From an uncultured Gemmatimonadaceae bacterium (GTDB taxonomy: Bacteria > Gemmatimonadota > Gemmatimonadetes > Gemmatimonadales > Gemmatimonadaceae): 64,000 nucleotides of DNA. The DNA is taken from contig CAWAGQ010000008.1 in the NCBI GenBank assembly GCA_963781585.1, positions 64,001-128,000 on the forward strand, given 5' to 3'. The first letter of the stretch is position 1, and the number at the start of each line of letters is the position of its first letter. A program made the position numbers and the translations under genes. Below, piece after piece: positions 32,452 to 41,525 of the stretch. The notes under the pieces are model-generated. The model saw only the letters and a program-made list of their open reading frames with translations. It made no database searches and was not told the origin of the DNA.

Positions 32452-33328
32452 CCGCCTGGGATGGTTCGCGCTGACCGCCGCCGCCGCGGCGATCACCGGC
32501 GCCGCCGCGCCGCGTGCCGCCGCGCCGGTGACGTACGACGTGTACGCCGTGCGATACGGCACGATCAAGGATTTCCCCCTCGCCTCATTGATCGCCGGCG
32601 CCGACCGCGCCCAGCGCACCGACATCGCGATGATGGTCTGGCTCGTCGAGGGATCCGATGGCCGCAGACTGCTCGTCGACGCCGGCTTTCACCGCGCCGA
32701 CTTCGTGAGTCGCTGGAAACCCGTCGACTTCGTCCCGCCTGACGAGGCGGTCGCGCGCGCCGGCGTCCCCGCCGACAGCATCACGGACCTCATCATCACC
32801 CACATCCACTGGGACCACCTGGACGGCATCGACCTCTTCCCGCACGCGCACATCTGGATCCAGCGGGAAGAATACGAGCACTATATAGATGCGGACGGAC
32901 ACCGGCTCGCGTCCGCGATCGACACCGGCGACGCGCGGTTGCTCGCCGAGGCCAAGGCGTCGGGGCGCGTGACGCTGGTCGACGGCGACGGCCGCGAGAT
33001 TTTCCCCGGAGTCACGGTCTACACCGGCGGGAAGCACACCTTTGCGTCGCAGTACGCCGGCGTGCGCACCACGTTCGGCACCGTGGTGGTGGCATCGGAC
33101 AACGCGTATCTCTACGCCAACCTCGACGAGCATCGCCCCATCGCGCAGACGCTCGACAGCCTGTCGAACCTCCGCGCGCAGCAGCGCATGCGCGAGCTCG
33201 CGAGCGACCCGCAACTCATCGTCCCGGGCCACGATCCCGCCGTGTTCGACCGGTTCCCCGCCCCGGGAAATGGCGTGGCGCACATTCTCCCACCGCGCGG
33301 CGCGGGCCGCGGGGCGTCCATCGATTGA
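32441..33328 (+). CDS. AHL-lactonase family metallo-beta-lactamase-fold protein
   Basis: THIHWDHLDG, GKHT, ASDNAY and PGHDP. Confidence 0.88.
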   Translation: MHHDRLGWFALTAAAAAITGAAAPRAAAPVTYDVYAVRYGTIKDFPLASLIAGADRAQRTDIAMMVWLVEGSDGRRLLVDAGFHRADFVSRWKPVDFVPPDEAVARAGVPADSITDLIITHIHWDHLDGIDLFPHAHIWIQREEYEHYIDADGHRLASAIDTGDARLLAEAKASGRVTLVDGDGREIFPGVTVYTGGKHTFASQYAGVRTTFGTVVVASDNAYLYANLDEHRPIAQTLDSLSNLRAQQRMRELASDPQLIVPGHDPAVFDRFPAPGNGVAHILPPRGAGRGASID

Positions 33329-33547
33329 ACCCGCGTCGCGGGATGACGCGGCAGACCGACCACCCTTTCGAGCGATCGCGGCAATGTCTACTATGGGGGC
33401 GGGAACGGCCGCTTCGAAGCACGCGAATTCCCTGCGGCAGCGCCCCACGAATTGCTGATCGCGACGCAGCCGATGCCGCGCGTTGGACCGGCAACAGGAT
33501 CAGCCGGAGTGGTCTCGAGCACCCTCGCGGTTCCCTGGCGGTGGATC

Positions 33548-34762
33548 ATGATGTTTCCTCCTTCCAGCCGACGGTTTTCGCCGTTCTTCCTTCTCGCCCT
33601 CGCCGCGGGGTGTGCCGGCAGCGGGGAGCGAACAGGAAGCAGCACGATCACTGATTCCGCCGGGGTTCGCATCGTCACGAGCACCGGTAGCGTCTGGGGT
33701 GCACAGGGGCTGCGTGTCGATTCCATTCCCCTGGTCCGAATCGGGTCGGAGGAAGCGGGCCCGTATCAGTTCAGCTTCATCTGGCAGGGCCTCCTGCTGG
33801 ATGGCGGCGGGTTTGCCGTGGCGGAGGCAGCGACGAACGAGGTGCGCCTGTTCGACGCTGATGGTCGGCATCTCAGGAGCTTCGGCCGCCGCGGCAGAGG
33901 ACCAGGCGAATTCCAGGCCATCTCGGGGCTGTTCCGATATCCGGGCGATTCTCTGGCAGCGTACGATCAGATCGAACGCCGGGCAACGATCTTCCCGTTG
34001 TCGAACGGCGAGCCGAGGCTGGTGCGCACCCAGGCGCCGGGCAACCTCAACGCCTTCGGTGCGCTTGGCAGCGGCGGCCTCCTGTTGTACAACCCCGGCT
34101 CTTCGTACCACCCGGAGAAGAGCCCCGGCCTGCAGTGGGACACGACGGACGTTGTCGTCCTCGACCCGGCCGACGGCGCGGCCCAGACCATCATGCGGCT
34201 CCCCTCACGTCAGCAGTTCGTCGAGCCGGATGGCAACACGCGACGCCTCGCGCCGGCCCACAACACGATCAAGGCAGCAACCGATAGCGGGTTTTTCTGG
34301 GCGACGTCGGATCGTTATGAGATCCGGTTCTTCGACCAGGACGGCAGGCTGCGCCGTATCCTGAAGCGCCCGGTCGAGCCGGAATCGGTCGTGCCGTCCA
34401 TGATAGACGCCTGGATCGCCGCCACCCTGGAGGACGTGGCCCGGACCGAGGGCGCGGCGGCCATTCCCAGGGTTCGGCAGGCCCTCCTCGCCGAGGCGTC
34501 GTATGGGACTCAGGTGCCCCTGTTCGATCGGGCATTCGTGGATGGAGAGGGCAGGCTGTGGTTGGGCGCGTCAATCTGGCCCGACCTTCAGGGCACGACC
34601 CGCCGATGGAGCCTCTTTGCTTCAGAGGGTGCGTGGCTCGGCGACCTGGACGCACCCGCACATTTGCAGATTCTCGACTGCCGGGACAATCTCATCCTCG
34701 GGATCCGGCAGGAGGAGGGCGAGGCACCTCATGTGCAGGTGCATCGGCTCCTGAGTCCGTAG
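33548..34762 (+). CDS. 6-bladed beta-propeller lipoprotein
   Basis: Lipobox-like LAAGC, DSAGVRIV and FGRRGRGPGEF. Confidence 0.78.
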   Translation: MMFPPSSRRFSPFFLLALAAGCAGSGERTGSSTITDSAGVRIVTSTGSVWGAQGLRVDSIPLVRIGSEEAGPYQFSFIWQGLLLDGGGFAVAEAATNEVRLFDADGRHLRSFGRRGRGPGEFQAISGLFRYPGDSLAAYDQIERRATIFPLSNGEPRLVRTQAPGNLNAFGALGSGGLLLYNPGSSYHPEKSPGLQWDTTDVVVLDPADGAAQTIMRLPSRQQFVEPDGNTRRLAPAHNTIKAATDSGFFWATSDRYEIRFFDQDGRLRRILKRPVEPESVVPSMIDAWIAATLEDVARTEGAAAIPRVRQALLAEASYGTQVPLFDRAFVDGEGRLWLGASIWPDLQGTTRRWSLFASEGAWLGDLDAPAHLQILDCRDNLILGIRQEEGEAPHVQVHRLLSP

Positions 34763-34871
34763 CCGAACCGCAGATCGCGTCCAGGGGCGCTCTGTGCAAT
34801 CGCGAACATCGATGCATCTTTCGCGAACCCAGGGAGCGCCCACTCATTTCCACCCGCGCGGAGCCGGGGCC

Positions 34872-35729
34872 ATGCACATGCGCAACGTCTGTCTGACATC
34901 GTCAGGTCTCGTCGCGGTCGCGGTGCTTCACTCCGCCTGCACGTCCGAGCTGCCGGAACACCCGGTCGAATACCGCTCCCCGGCCGGCGTCGATTACGTG
35001 GCCCTGTCGGACACCGGAGCCGTGGCGCACGCGGACTCCACCCTGGCGGCGGACCCGGGCAACGTCGGGAAGATCCTCCAGCTCGGCCTCGCCCAGGCCG
35101 GCATCCGCCGTTACCGCGAGGCGATCGCGACCTTCACCCGGGCCATTGCCATCGCGCCCGACAGCGGCATCCTCTACCGCTGGCGCGGCCACCGCTATCT
35201 CTCGGTGCGGCAACTGGACAGCGCGCGCGCCGACCTGGAACACGGGCTCGCCCTCGATTCCACGCTGTACGGCTGCTGGTATCACCTGGGTGTGGTGAAG
35301 TACGTGAGCGGGGACTTCGCCGGTGCCGCCGACGCCTTCGCCCACGCGCTGCCGCTCGCGCCTAACGCCGAAGAGCACGCCGGCTCGATCGACTGGGGCT
35401 GGATGTCCCTGTCACGGGCCGGGCGCTCCGCCGATGCCCAGGCCTGGCTCGACCGCAACAGCGATTCGATCCCGGCGGTGAATGCCTACACGCGGCGGCT
35501 GCAGCTCTATCGCGGCCAGATTCCGCCGGAGCAGCTGATCACGCCGGCCGACACGGACAATATCCAGGTGGCGACGCTGAAATACGGACTGGGCAACTGG
35601 TACCTGCTGCACGGCGACACGGCCCAGGCTCGTGCCGCTTTCGAGCAGTCGGTCGCGTCCGGCGGCTGGCCGGCATTCGGGTTCATTGCATCAGAGGCGG
35701 AGTTGCGGCGCCTGGGCGGCGCGAAGTAG
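34872..35729 (+). CDS. Tetratricopeptide repeat protein
   Basis: TPR-like helices (YREAIATFTRAI, LYRWRGHRY, WYHLGVVKY). Confidence 0.8.
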   Translation: MHMRNVCLTSSGLVAVAVLHSACTSELPEHPVEYRSPAGVDYVALSDTGAVAHADSTLAADPGNVGKILQLGLAQAGIRRYREAIATFTRAIAIAPDSGILYRWRGHRYLSVRQLDSARADLEHGLALDSTLYGCWYHLGVVKYVSGDFAGAADAFAHALPLAPNAEEHAGSIDWGWMSLSRAGRSADAQAWLDRNSDSIPAVNAYTRRLQLYRGQIPPEQLITPADTDNIQVATLKYGLGNWYLLHGDTAQARAAFEQSVASGGWPAFGFIASEAELRRLGGAK

Positions 35730-35782
35730 GTCTCCGGTCCGCCGGCGCCGCTCGTCGCCGGACTGATCAGGCCATCAGAGCC

Positions 35783-36268
35783 TCAGCGGGCGACTCCGGC
35801 CGGCGCGAGGCGCTGGCGGATCGCGCCCAGATGATAGGTCGCGTGCGCGATCGCGCCGACCGCGGCGCCCAACGCGTCCTCGTTCCAGTCGTCGCGACTC
35901 CGCACCACCACGACCAGGCTTTCGTACTCCCGCCGCAGCTGGGCCTGCAGCGCGGCCCACGCGGCGTCGTCCACCACCGACACCGTCCAGCTCTGGCTGC
36001 GATCGCGCGAGGTCCGCTCACCGCGCACCTCCCGCGTGGCGAGCGCGAGGCTGGCCGCCACGTGATGCACGTGTCCGGCGATGCTCGTCTGACCGGGGCC
36101 GCCCTCCTGCGAGGCCTGGGCGAGGCTCAGGCGACTGATCGTCCCCAGTAATCCGGTCCCGGGGCCCGTGTCGCTGAAATAGGTCCAGGGGCCGGGAGGC
36201 CCCTCGAACGCTTCACGCAGCATTCGCAGCAGAAGACCAACCGTTACCGCGCTCGGTGTACCGCTCAT
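35783..36268 (-). CDS. DinB-like protein
   Basis: SIAGHVHH and IAHATYHLGAIRQ. Confidence 0.8.
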   Translation of the reverse strand: MSGTPSAVTVGLLLRMLREAFEGPPGPWTYFSDTGPGTGLLGTISRLSLAQASQEGGPGQTSIAGHVHHVAASLALATREVRGERTSRDRSQSWTVSVVDDAAWAALQAQLRREYESLVVVVRSRDDWNEDALGAAVGAIAHATYHLGAIRQRLAPAGVAR

Positions 36269-36304
36269 CGCCCCTCGTCCTCCCCGTTAGGCAGCATCCC
36301 GTTG

Positions 36305-37633
36305 CTACATCGCCAGCGCCATCCCCACGAATCCTACCACACTCACGATCAGCGCGCCGGGCACCGCGAAGCGCAGCCATCGGCCGAGCGGCACGCCCGC
36401 GGCCAGCAGCATCGCCAGCAACGCGCCGTTGCTCGGTGTGATCATGTCCATCATCGTCCCGCCGGTGAGATAGGCCATCACCGCCACCTGACGCGGGATC
36501 GACAGCAGGTCGGCCACCGGCGCCATGATCGGCATGGTGAGCACAGCCTGCCCGCTGTTGGACACGACCGCCACGTGCAGCAGCGCCTGAATCGGCACCA
36601 TCATCCCGGCCGCGAGCAGTCGCGGCATGTGATGGAGCGGCTGCGCGAGCCCGTGCACGATGGTGTCGATCACCCGCCCGTCGGTGAGCACCACCGAGAT
36701 GGCGCGAGAGACGCCGACGAACAGCGCCGCAGCCAGCATCGTCTCCATCGATTTCAGGAATTCCACCGCCGTTCCACGCAGTCCCATGCCCGCCACCAGA
36801 CCGACCGCGAACCCGGCCACGAGAAAGAGCGCCGACAGCTCGTTGAATCCCCAGTCGAGAGCGAGCACGCCGTAGACGTACGGACCGAACGGCACGATGA
36901 CCAGCGCCAGCAGCACCCAGTCGCGGGCGCGCACGCCCTGGTGCGAGAGCGCCTCGATCTCCGGACGCACGTCGTCACGCTTCGTCTGGGATGCCGTCCA
37001 CGCGATCCAGAGCGCGACCGCCGCCACCAGCATCGCGAACCGCAGCCCGCCCGACGTCAGCGGCGGAAGCTCCGAGTACCGCAGCGCGACCCCGGACGCG
37101 AACGGATTCGTCGGCCCGAACGATGCCCCCACCACCGCCGACCCGACGCTCATCGCGAGCGCCGTCACTGCCCCGAATCCGAGTCCGCGACTCAACACCA
37201 GCATCACCGGAACGAGCGCAATGATCTCCTCGTGCATGTTCTCGAGCGCGCCGAGTGACGCAAACAGCGAGCAGACGATCGCCATCACGACGACCGGCCG
37301 CCCCGACCGGCCCACCAGTGCGCCGACCAGGCGACCCAGGGCGCCGGTGCGGTCGAGGAGCGCGAACGCGCCGCCGACAAAGAGGATCACGCAGATCACG
37401 TCGGCGCCGTCGACGATTCCTCTCGGCACGGCAATCACCGCGGCCATCGGTCGCACGGCCGCCGGCGGCACGGCGTGATAGGTTCCCGCCTGGACGATGC
37501 GCCGTCCGGTCTGTGGATCCTCGCGGCGATCGTACTGGCCGGCCGGAAGCACCCACGTGAGCACGGCGGCGACCGCGACGCCACCGAGCAGGAGGACGAG
37601 TGGGTGGGGAAGCGACAGGCGGAACCGCGCCAT
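36305..37633 (-). CDS. YfcC/DcuC-like C4-dicarboxylate carrier family membrane protein
   Basis: PHPLVLL..LTWVLPAGQY, NPF, SGQAVLTMPIMAP.ADL and ITPSNG. Confidence 0.85.
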   Translation of the reverse strand: MARFRLSLPHPLVLLLGGVAVAAVLTWVLPAGQYDRREDPQTGRRIVQAGTYHAVPPAAVRPMAAVIAVPRGIVDGADVICVILFVGGAFALLDRTGALGRLVGALVGRSGRPVVVMAIVCSLFASLGALENMHEEIIALVPVMLVLSRGLGFGAVTALAMSVGSAVVGASFGPTNPFASGVALRYSELPPLTSGGLRFAMLVAAVALWIAWTASQTKRDDVRPEIEALSHQGVRARDWVLLALVIVPFGPYVYGVLALDWGFNELSALFLVAGFAVGLVAGMGLRGTAVEFLKSMETMLAAALFVGVSRAISVVLTDGRVIDTIVHGLAQPLHHMPRLLAAGMMVPIQALLHVAVVSNSGQAVLTMPIMAPVADLLSIPRQVAVMAYLTGGTMMDMITPSNGALLAMLLAAGVPLGRWLRFAVPGALIVSVVGFVGMALAM

Positions 37634-37835
37634 CAACGCACTGCGCCGTGGCTCAACGCTTCATCGCCTCGGCCATCTGCAGATCATCGTGGGGCATGAG
37701 CCGTTATCCGGGAGCGGGGCACGCGAAGCGGGGAAGCGGAGGGACAGGGATGCCGTCGGCGCGTAGGAGGATGCACGCCGATCCGGTGAGCAGCAAGATG
37801 GCAGGCATCGCTCGCGAGCGACCAGGCAGTCGCGG

Positions 37836-38140
37836 TCAGCCGTGGAATCTTGCGGGCAGATAGTTCCATCGAATGAGGAACGCGACGATCAACACCGCCA
37901 GCAGCGCGGTCGCCGAGAACAGCGAGCGCCGCGCCGGATCCCACCATCGTCGTCGCCAGGAGACGATCGCACCCACGACCACGACCACCGCGAGTGCCGT
38001 CAGCGCCCACGGCACCAGCGCCAATGCGCGCCACGCCGGCGTAACGCCGAATACCAAACCCGTGGCGCGCTCGAACATCCGCACCGACCGCGCGATGAAC
38101 CCGAAGGCGAAGACAGGCCAGCCCAGCGCCAGCAGGTGAC
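37836..38140 (-). pseudogene. Probable C-terminal TM fragment of a membrane protein
   Basis: Two or three hydrophobic helices ending ..IRWNYLPARF; no convincing start. Confidence 0.35.
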
Positions 38141-38250
38141 CGGCCGCAATGCCGGGAAGCGGTAACCCGGTGTGACGTCGCCCTCGCGGAGGCTGTCCGC
38201 CATCCCCGATGCCGGGTTATGATTGCGGCACCCGATCCAGAGGACCGCCA

Positions 38251-39648
38251 GTGTCTTCCATCATACGCGTGCTCGTGGCCAGCGGCGTCCTGCTCCGCGG
38301 CGTCGCCGGCCTGGCGGCGCAGGAACCATCTCGCACCGCCCTGGTCGCACGCCTCGACTCGATCGCCGGGGCACCGGTGAAAGGCGGCGCTGTGGCCGGG
38401 ATGGCGGTCGCGGTGGTCAAGGGCCGCGACACGCTCCTGTTCAAGGGCTACGGCCTGTCCGATCTGGAGAATCAGGTCCCGGTGACGCCGCAGACTGTAT
38501 TCCGCATCGGCTCCATCACCAAGCAGTTCACCTCCTCGGCGGTGATGCAGCTTGTGGAGCAGGGCAGGATCGGACTGGACGACGAGATCACGAGATACCT
38601 GCCGACGTTTCCGACCCACGGGCACCGGATTCTGGTGCGACACCTGCTGAATCACACGTCGGGTATTCCGAGCTACACCGACATCGGCCCGAGCTTCGGC
38701 CGCGTCGCGCGCCTCGACCTGGCGCATGATTCGCTTCTCGCCATCGTCGCGCCGGACTCCCTGATGTTCGAGCCGGGAACGCACTTCTACTACAACAACA
38801 CCGGCTACTTCATGCTCGGCATGATTCTCGAGCACGTCACCGGTCAGAAGTACGGCGACTATCTCGCGGAGCGGTTGTTCACGCCGAACGGGCTGACGCA
38901 GACGACGTACTGCGATACGCGGAAGCTCATTCCGCATCGCGCGCAGGGTTACGATCGCACCCCGGCCGGTCCCGTGAATACCGGCTTCCTGAGCATGGAT
39001 CTGCCGTTTGCCGCCGGGTCACTGTGTTCGACGGTCGGAGATCTCGTGTCGTGGACGCGGCTGCTGTCGTCGGGCGCCATCGTCGGCGCTGCGTCGTACC
39101 GGCAGATGACGACGCCCGTGGCGTTACCCAGCGGCCGGCCGATGAACTACGGATTCGGCCTCACGTCCGACTCGGTCGGTGACCACCGCATGATCGCGCA
39201 TGGCGGGGGAATCAATGGCTTCATCTCGCAGCTGGCGTATTTCCCGCAGGATTCGCTGACCATTGCCGTACTCGCCAACACATCGCCCGCGCCATCGGGC
39301 GCTGTCGCCGAGGCGATCGCGCGGACCGTGCTTGGCGTGCCGCCGCCCGCGCCGACGCCGCCGAAGGACCTTCCGGTCACGCCGGAGGACCGGGCGCGGT
39401 ACGCGGGCGACTACGCGATGACGCGACCCGACGGATCGAAGCAGGCCGTTCGCGTCTTCGACGACAACGGCCAGCTCATGTTCCAGCCCAATGGACAACG
39501 AGCGGTGAAGTTGACCAGCCAGGGTGGCACCGTGTTCCTGGCCGTCGGCGCGGGCCGGGTGGCGTTCGACGTCGTCGACGGCCGGGCGGTCGGCTTCGTC
39601 TTCGGCGGCGGCGCGCGCGCGCTCGAGGCGACCCGGCGTTCCCCCTAG
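38251..39648 (+). CDS. Serine hydrolase (beta-lactamase class C-like)
   Basis: GSITK (SxxK), LLNHTSG, YNN and HGGGING. Confidence 0.92.
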   Translation: MSSIIRVLVASGVLLRGVAGLAAQEPSRTALVARLDSIAGAPVKGGAVAGMAVAVVKGRDTLLFKGYGLSDLENQVPVTPQTVFRIGSITKQFTSSAVMQLVEQGRIGLDDEITRYLPTFPTHGHRILVRHLLNHTSGIPSYTDIGPSFGRVARLDLAHDSLLAIVAPDSLMFEPGTHFYYNNTGYFMLGMILEHVTGQKYGDYLAERLFTPNGLTQTTYCDTRKLIPHRAQGYDRTPAGPVNTGFLSMDLPFAAGSLCSTVGDLVSWTRLLSSGAIVGAASYRQMTTPVALPSGRPMNYGFGLTSDSVGDHRMIAHGGGINGFISQLAYFPQDSLTIAVLANTSPAPSGAVAEAIARTVLGVPPPAPTPPKDLPVTPEDRARYAGDYAMTRPDGSKQAVRVFDDNGQLMFQPNGQRAVKLTSQGGTVFLAVGAGRVAFDVVDGRAVGFVFGGGARALEATRRSP

Positions 39649-40613
39649 CCTAACGATACCACCGCTTTCCCCCGGGCGTGGCCTTCCTCGAGCCAGCGGA
39701 TGGCGTGGGAGACCTGCATCAGCGTGTAGCGCCTGCCAATGACCGGCCTGACCTTGTTCGCCTCCATCAACTCAGCGAGGGCGACCAGGTCGTCCTTCTT
39801 CATCGACGCCGCGCCCAGGACCAGAGTCCGGCTCACGAATCGCGACAACACCAGTGTCTTGAGCGCGCCGGCCAGCGGTCCAATCCAGCGCCCGGCAGGA
39901 CCTCCGATCCAGACAAAGGTCCCGCCGAGGTTCATCACGCGGCGGTAGGCCGACCACGCGCGGTTCCCCGCGGTGGTGAAGATCAGGTCGTATCGCTCAC
40001 TGCTCCGCGTGAAATCTTCCCGGGTGTAGTCGATGACATGGTCCGCGCCGATCGATCGCACGTGGTCCACGTTCGCGGTGCTGCACACCCCGGTGACCTG
40101 CGCGCCGACCGACTTGGCGATCTGCACGGCGAAATGGCCGATCCCTCCCGCCGCACCGGTGATCAGGACCTTCTGTCCCGACTGAAGCCGCCCTTTGTCG
40201 CGAAGCCCCTGCAGCGCGGTCACCCCCGCGGTGGGTGCGGCCGCCGCCTGCTCGAATGTGACGTTGGCGGGCTTCATCGCCAGATGGTGCTCGCGGGCAC
40301 AGACGTACTCTGCACAGGCGCCCCGGCCGGCGCCGAAGACCGCAGCACCCGGTTGAAACTGCTTGACGTTCCTGCCGACGCCTTCGACCTCGCCGGCCAG
40401 ATCGACTCCGAACCGCGTCGTCTTCGGCCTGCGCAGCCCGGTCATGACGCGAATCGGATACGGTTCCCCTCGCATGAAGTGACAATCCATTTGATTGACG
40501 GAAGCCGCCCGAACCCTCACCAGGACGTCATCGTCACCGGGCGTGGGCTTGTCGATTTCCTCACAACAGAGAACATCGGGCGGGCCATACCCGTGATAGA
40601 CGATGGCTTTCAT
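39645..40613 (-). CDS. NAD(P)-dependent MDR-family oxidoreductase
   Basis: GAAGGIGHFAVQIAK and GHARGKAV. Confidence 0.9.
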   Translation of the reverse strand: MKAIVYHGYGPPDVLCCEEIDKPTPGDDDVLVRVRAASVNQMDCHFMRGEPYPIRVMTGLRRPKTTRFGVDLAGEVEGVGRNVKQFQPGAAVFGAGRGACAEYVCAREHHLAMKPANVTFEQAAAAPTAGVTALQGLRDKGRLQSGQKVLITGAAGGIGHFAVQIAKSVGAQVTGVCSTANVDHVRSIGADHVIDYTREDFTRSSERYDLIFTTAGNRAWSAYRRVMNLGGTFVWIGGPAGRWIGPLAGALKTLVLSRFVSRTLVLGAASMKKDDLVALAELMEANKVRPVIGRRYTLMQVSHAIRWLEEGHARGKAVVSLG

Positions 40614-40815
40614 TCGTCAGGCAGAGTCTCCCGCACGCCCTTGATCAGCATCCAGCCCATGAACCCGCCCTCTCCAGCAGCTGGGCGGGAACCAGGCCTC
40701 GGTGAACAGCGCGTCCTGTCTCGTGGCGTATCCGGATCCCGCGTCGTTTTTCTCGCGCGTTCAAGCGGTGGACGGGCGCAGTCCGCGCGCGGCACTACGC
40801 CCGTCCTGGCCGCTT

Positions 40816-41319
40816 CTAGCCCTTCGCCGCCGGCGCCGGTCCGTCGGCGTTGACCTCATATGTCACCCGCCACGCACCGTCAGAACCCTTCTTCCAGCTG
40901 TCGGCGAACGGGTTCATTCGGCTCTCGGGCTTCTTCCCCTTTACGGTCATCGTATAAGCGCCGTGGGAGAACGTGACGGCCTCGGAGTCGCTGACCACGA
41001 TCAGCTTGTCGATGACCACCTGACTGTACGTGAACGACTCGAAGCTCCCGAAGAAAGCCTTCGCCCCGGCCGCGATGTTGGCGCGCCCCGTAAAGGTGCT
41101 GGCGTCCGGAAGGATCCACGTCGCGTCCTCGGTGAAGATATTGGCTATGGCGGCCGCGTCCTTGGAGGCGATGGCAGGGGCAAACTTCCCGAGCGCGTCG
41201 GTGAGCGCGGCCCGGATCGCGCTCTCATCGGGCGGCGGCGGCGGCGGTGCGGGCGTCGGGGCACATGCGGTGACCACTGCGGCGAGGACGGCCAGGCGCA
41301 GGGCGGCTGAGGCGTTCAT
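40816..41319 (-). CDS. NTF2/SnoaL-like (DUF4440) lipoprotein
   Basis: Lipobox VTAC, Pro-rich linker, DAAAIANIFTEDA and WKKGSDGAWR. Confidence 0.8.
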   Translation of the reverse strand: MNASAALRLAVLAAVVTACAPTPAPPPPPPDESAIRAALTDALGKFAPAIASKDAAAIANIFTEDATWILPDASTFTGRANIAAGAKAFFGSFESFTYSQVVIDKLIVVSDSEAVTFSHGAYTMTVKGKKPESRMNPFADSWKKGSDGAWRVTYEVNADGPAPAAKG

Positions 41320-41525
41320 GGGTGTCTCTGGTCGGGGTGAGCGTGAAATCGGGGGAGACTATCCTACGGCAACCCGGTGGCGGGCACAACGCGGGTGGCG
41401 ACGGCCGTTCGCACCGGGTGCGACGGAAACGGTGTCAGGGTTCGCCGGATAGTGCCCGGGTGCGATGAGCCCCACGCTGTGAACGGTGGCCTGGAACTTC
41501 GTGTCTCACTTACGACCCTGATGCG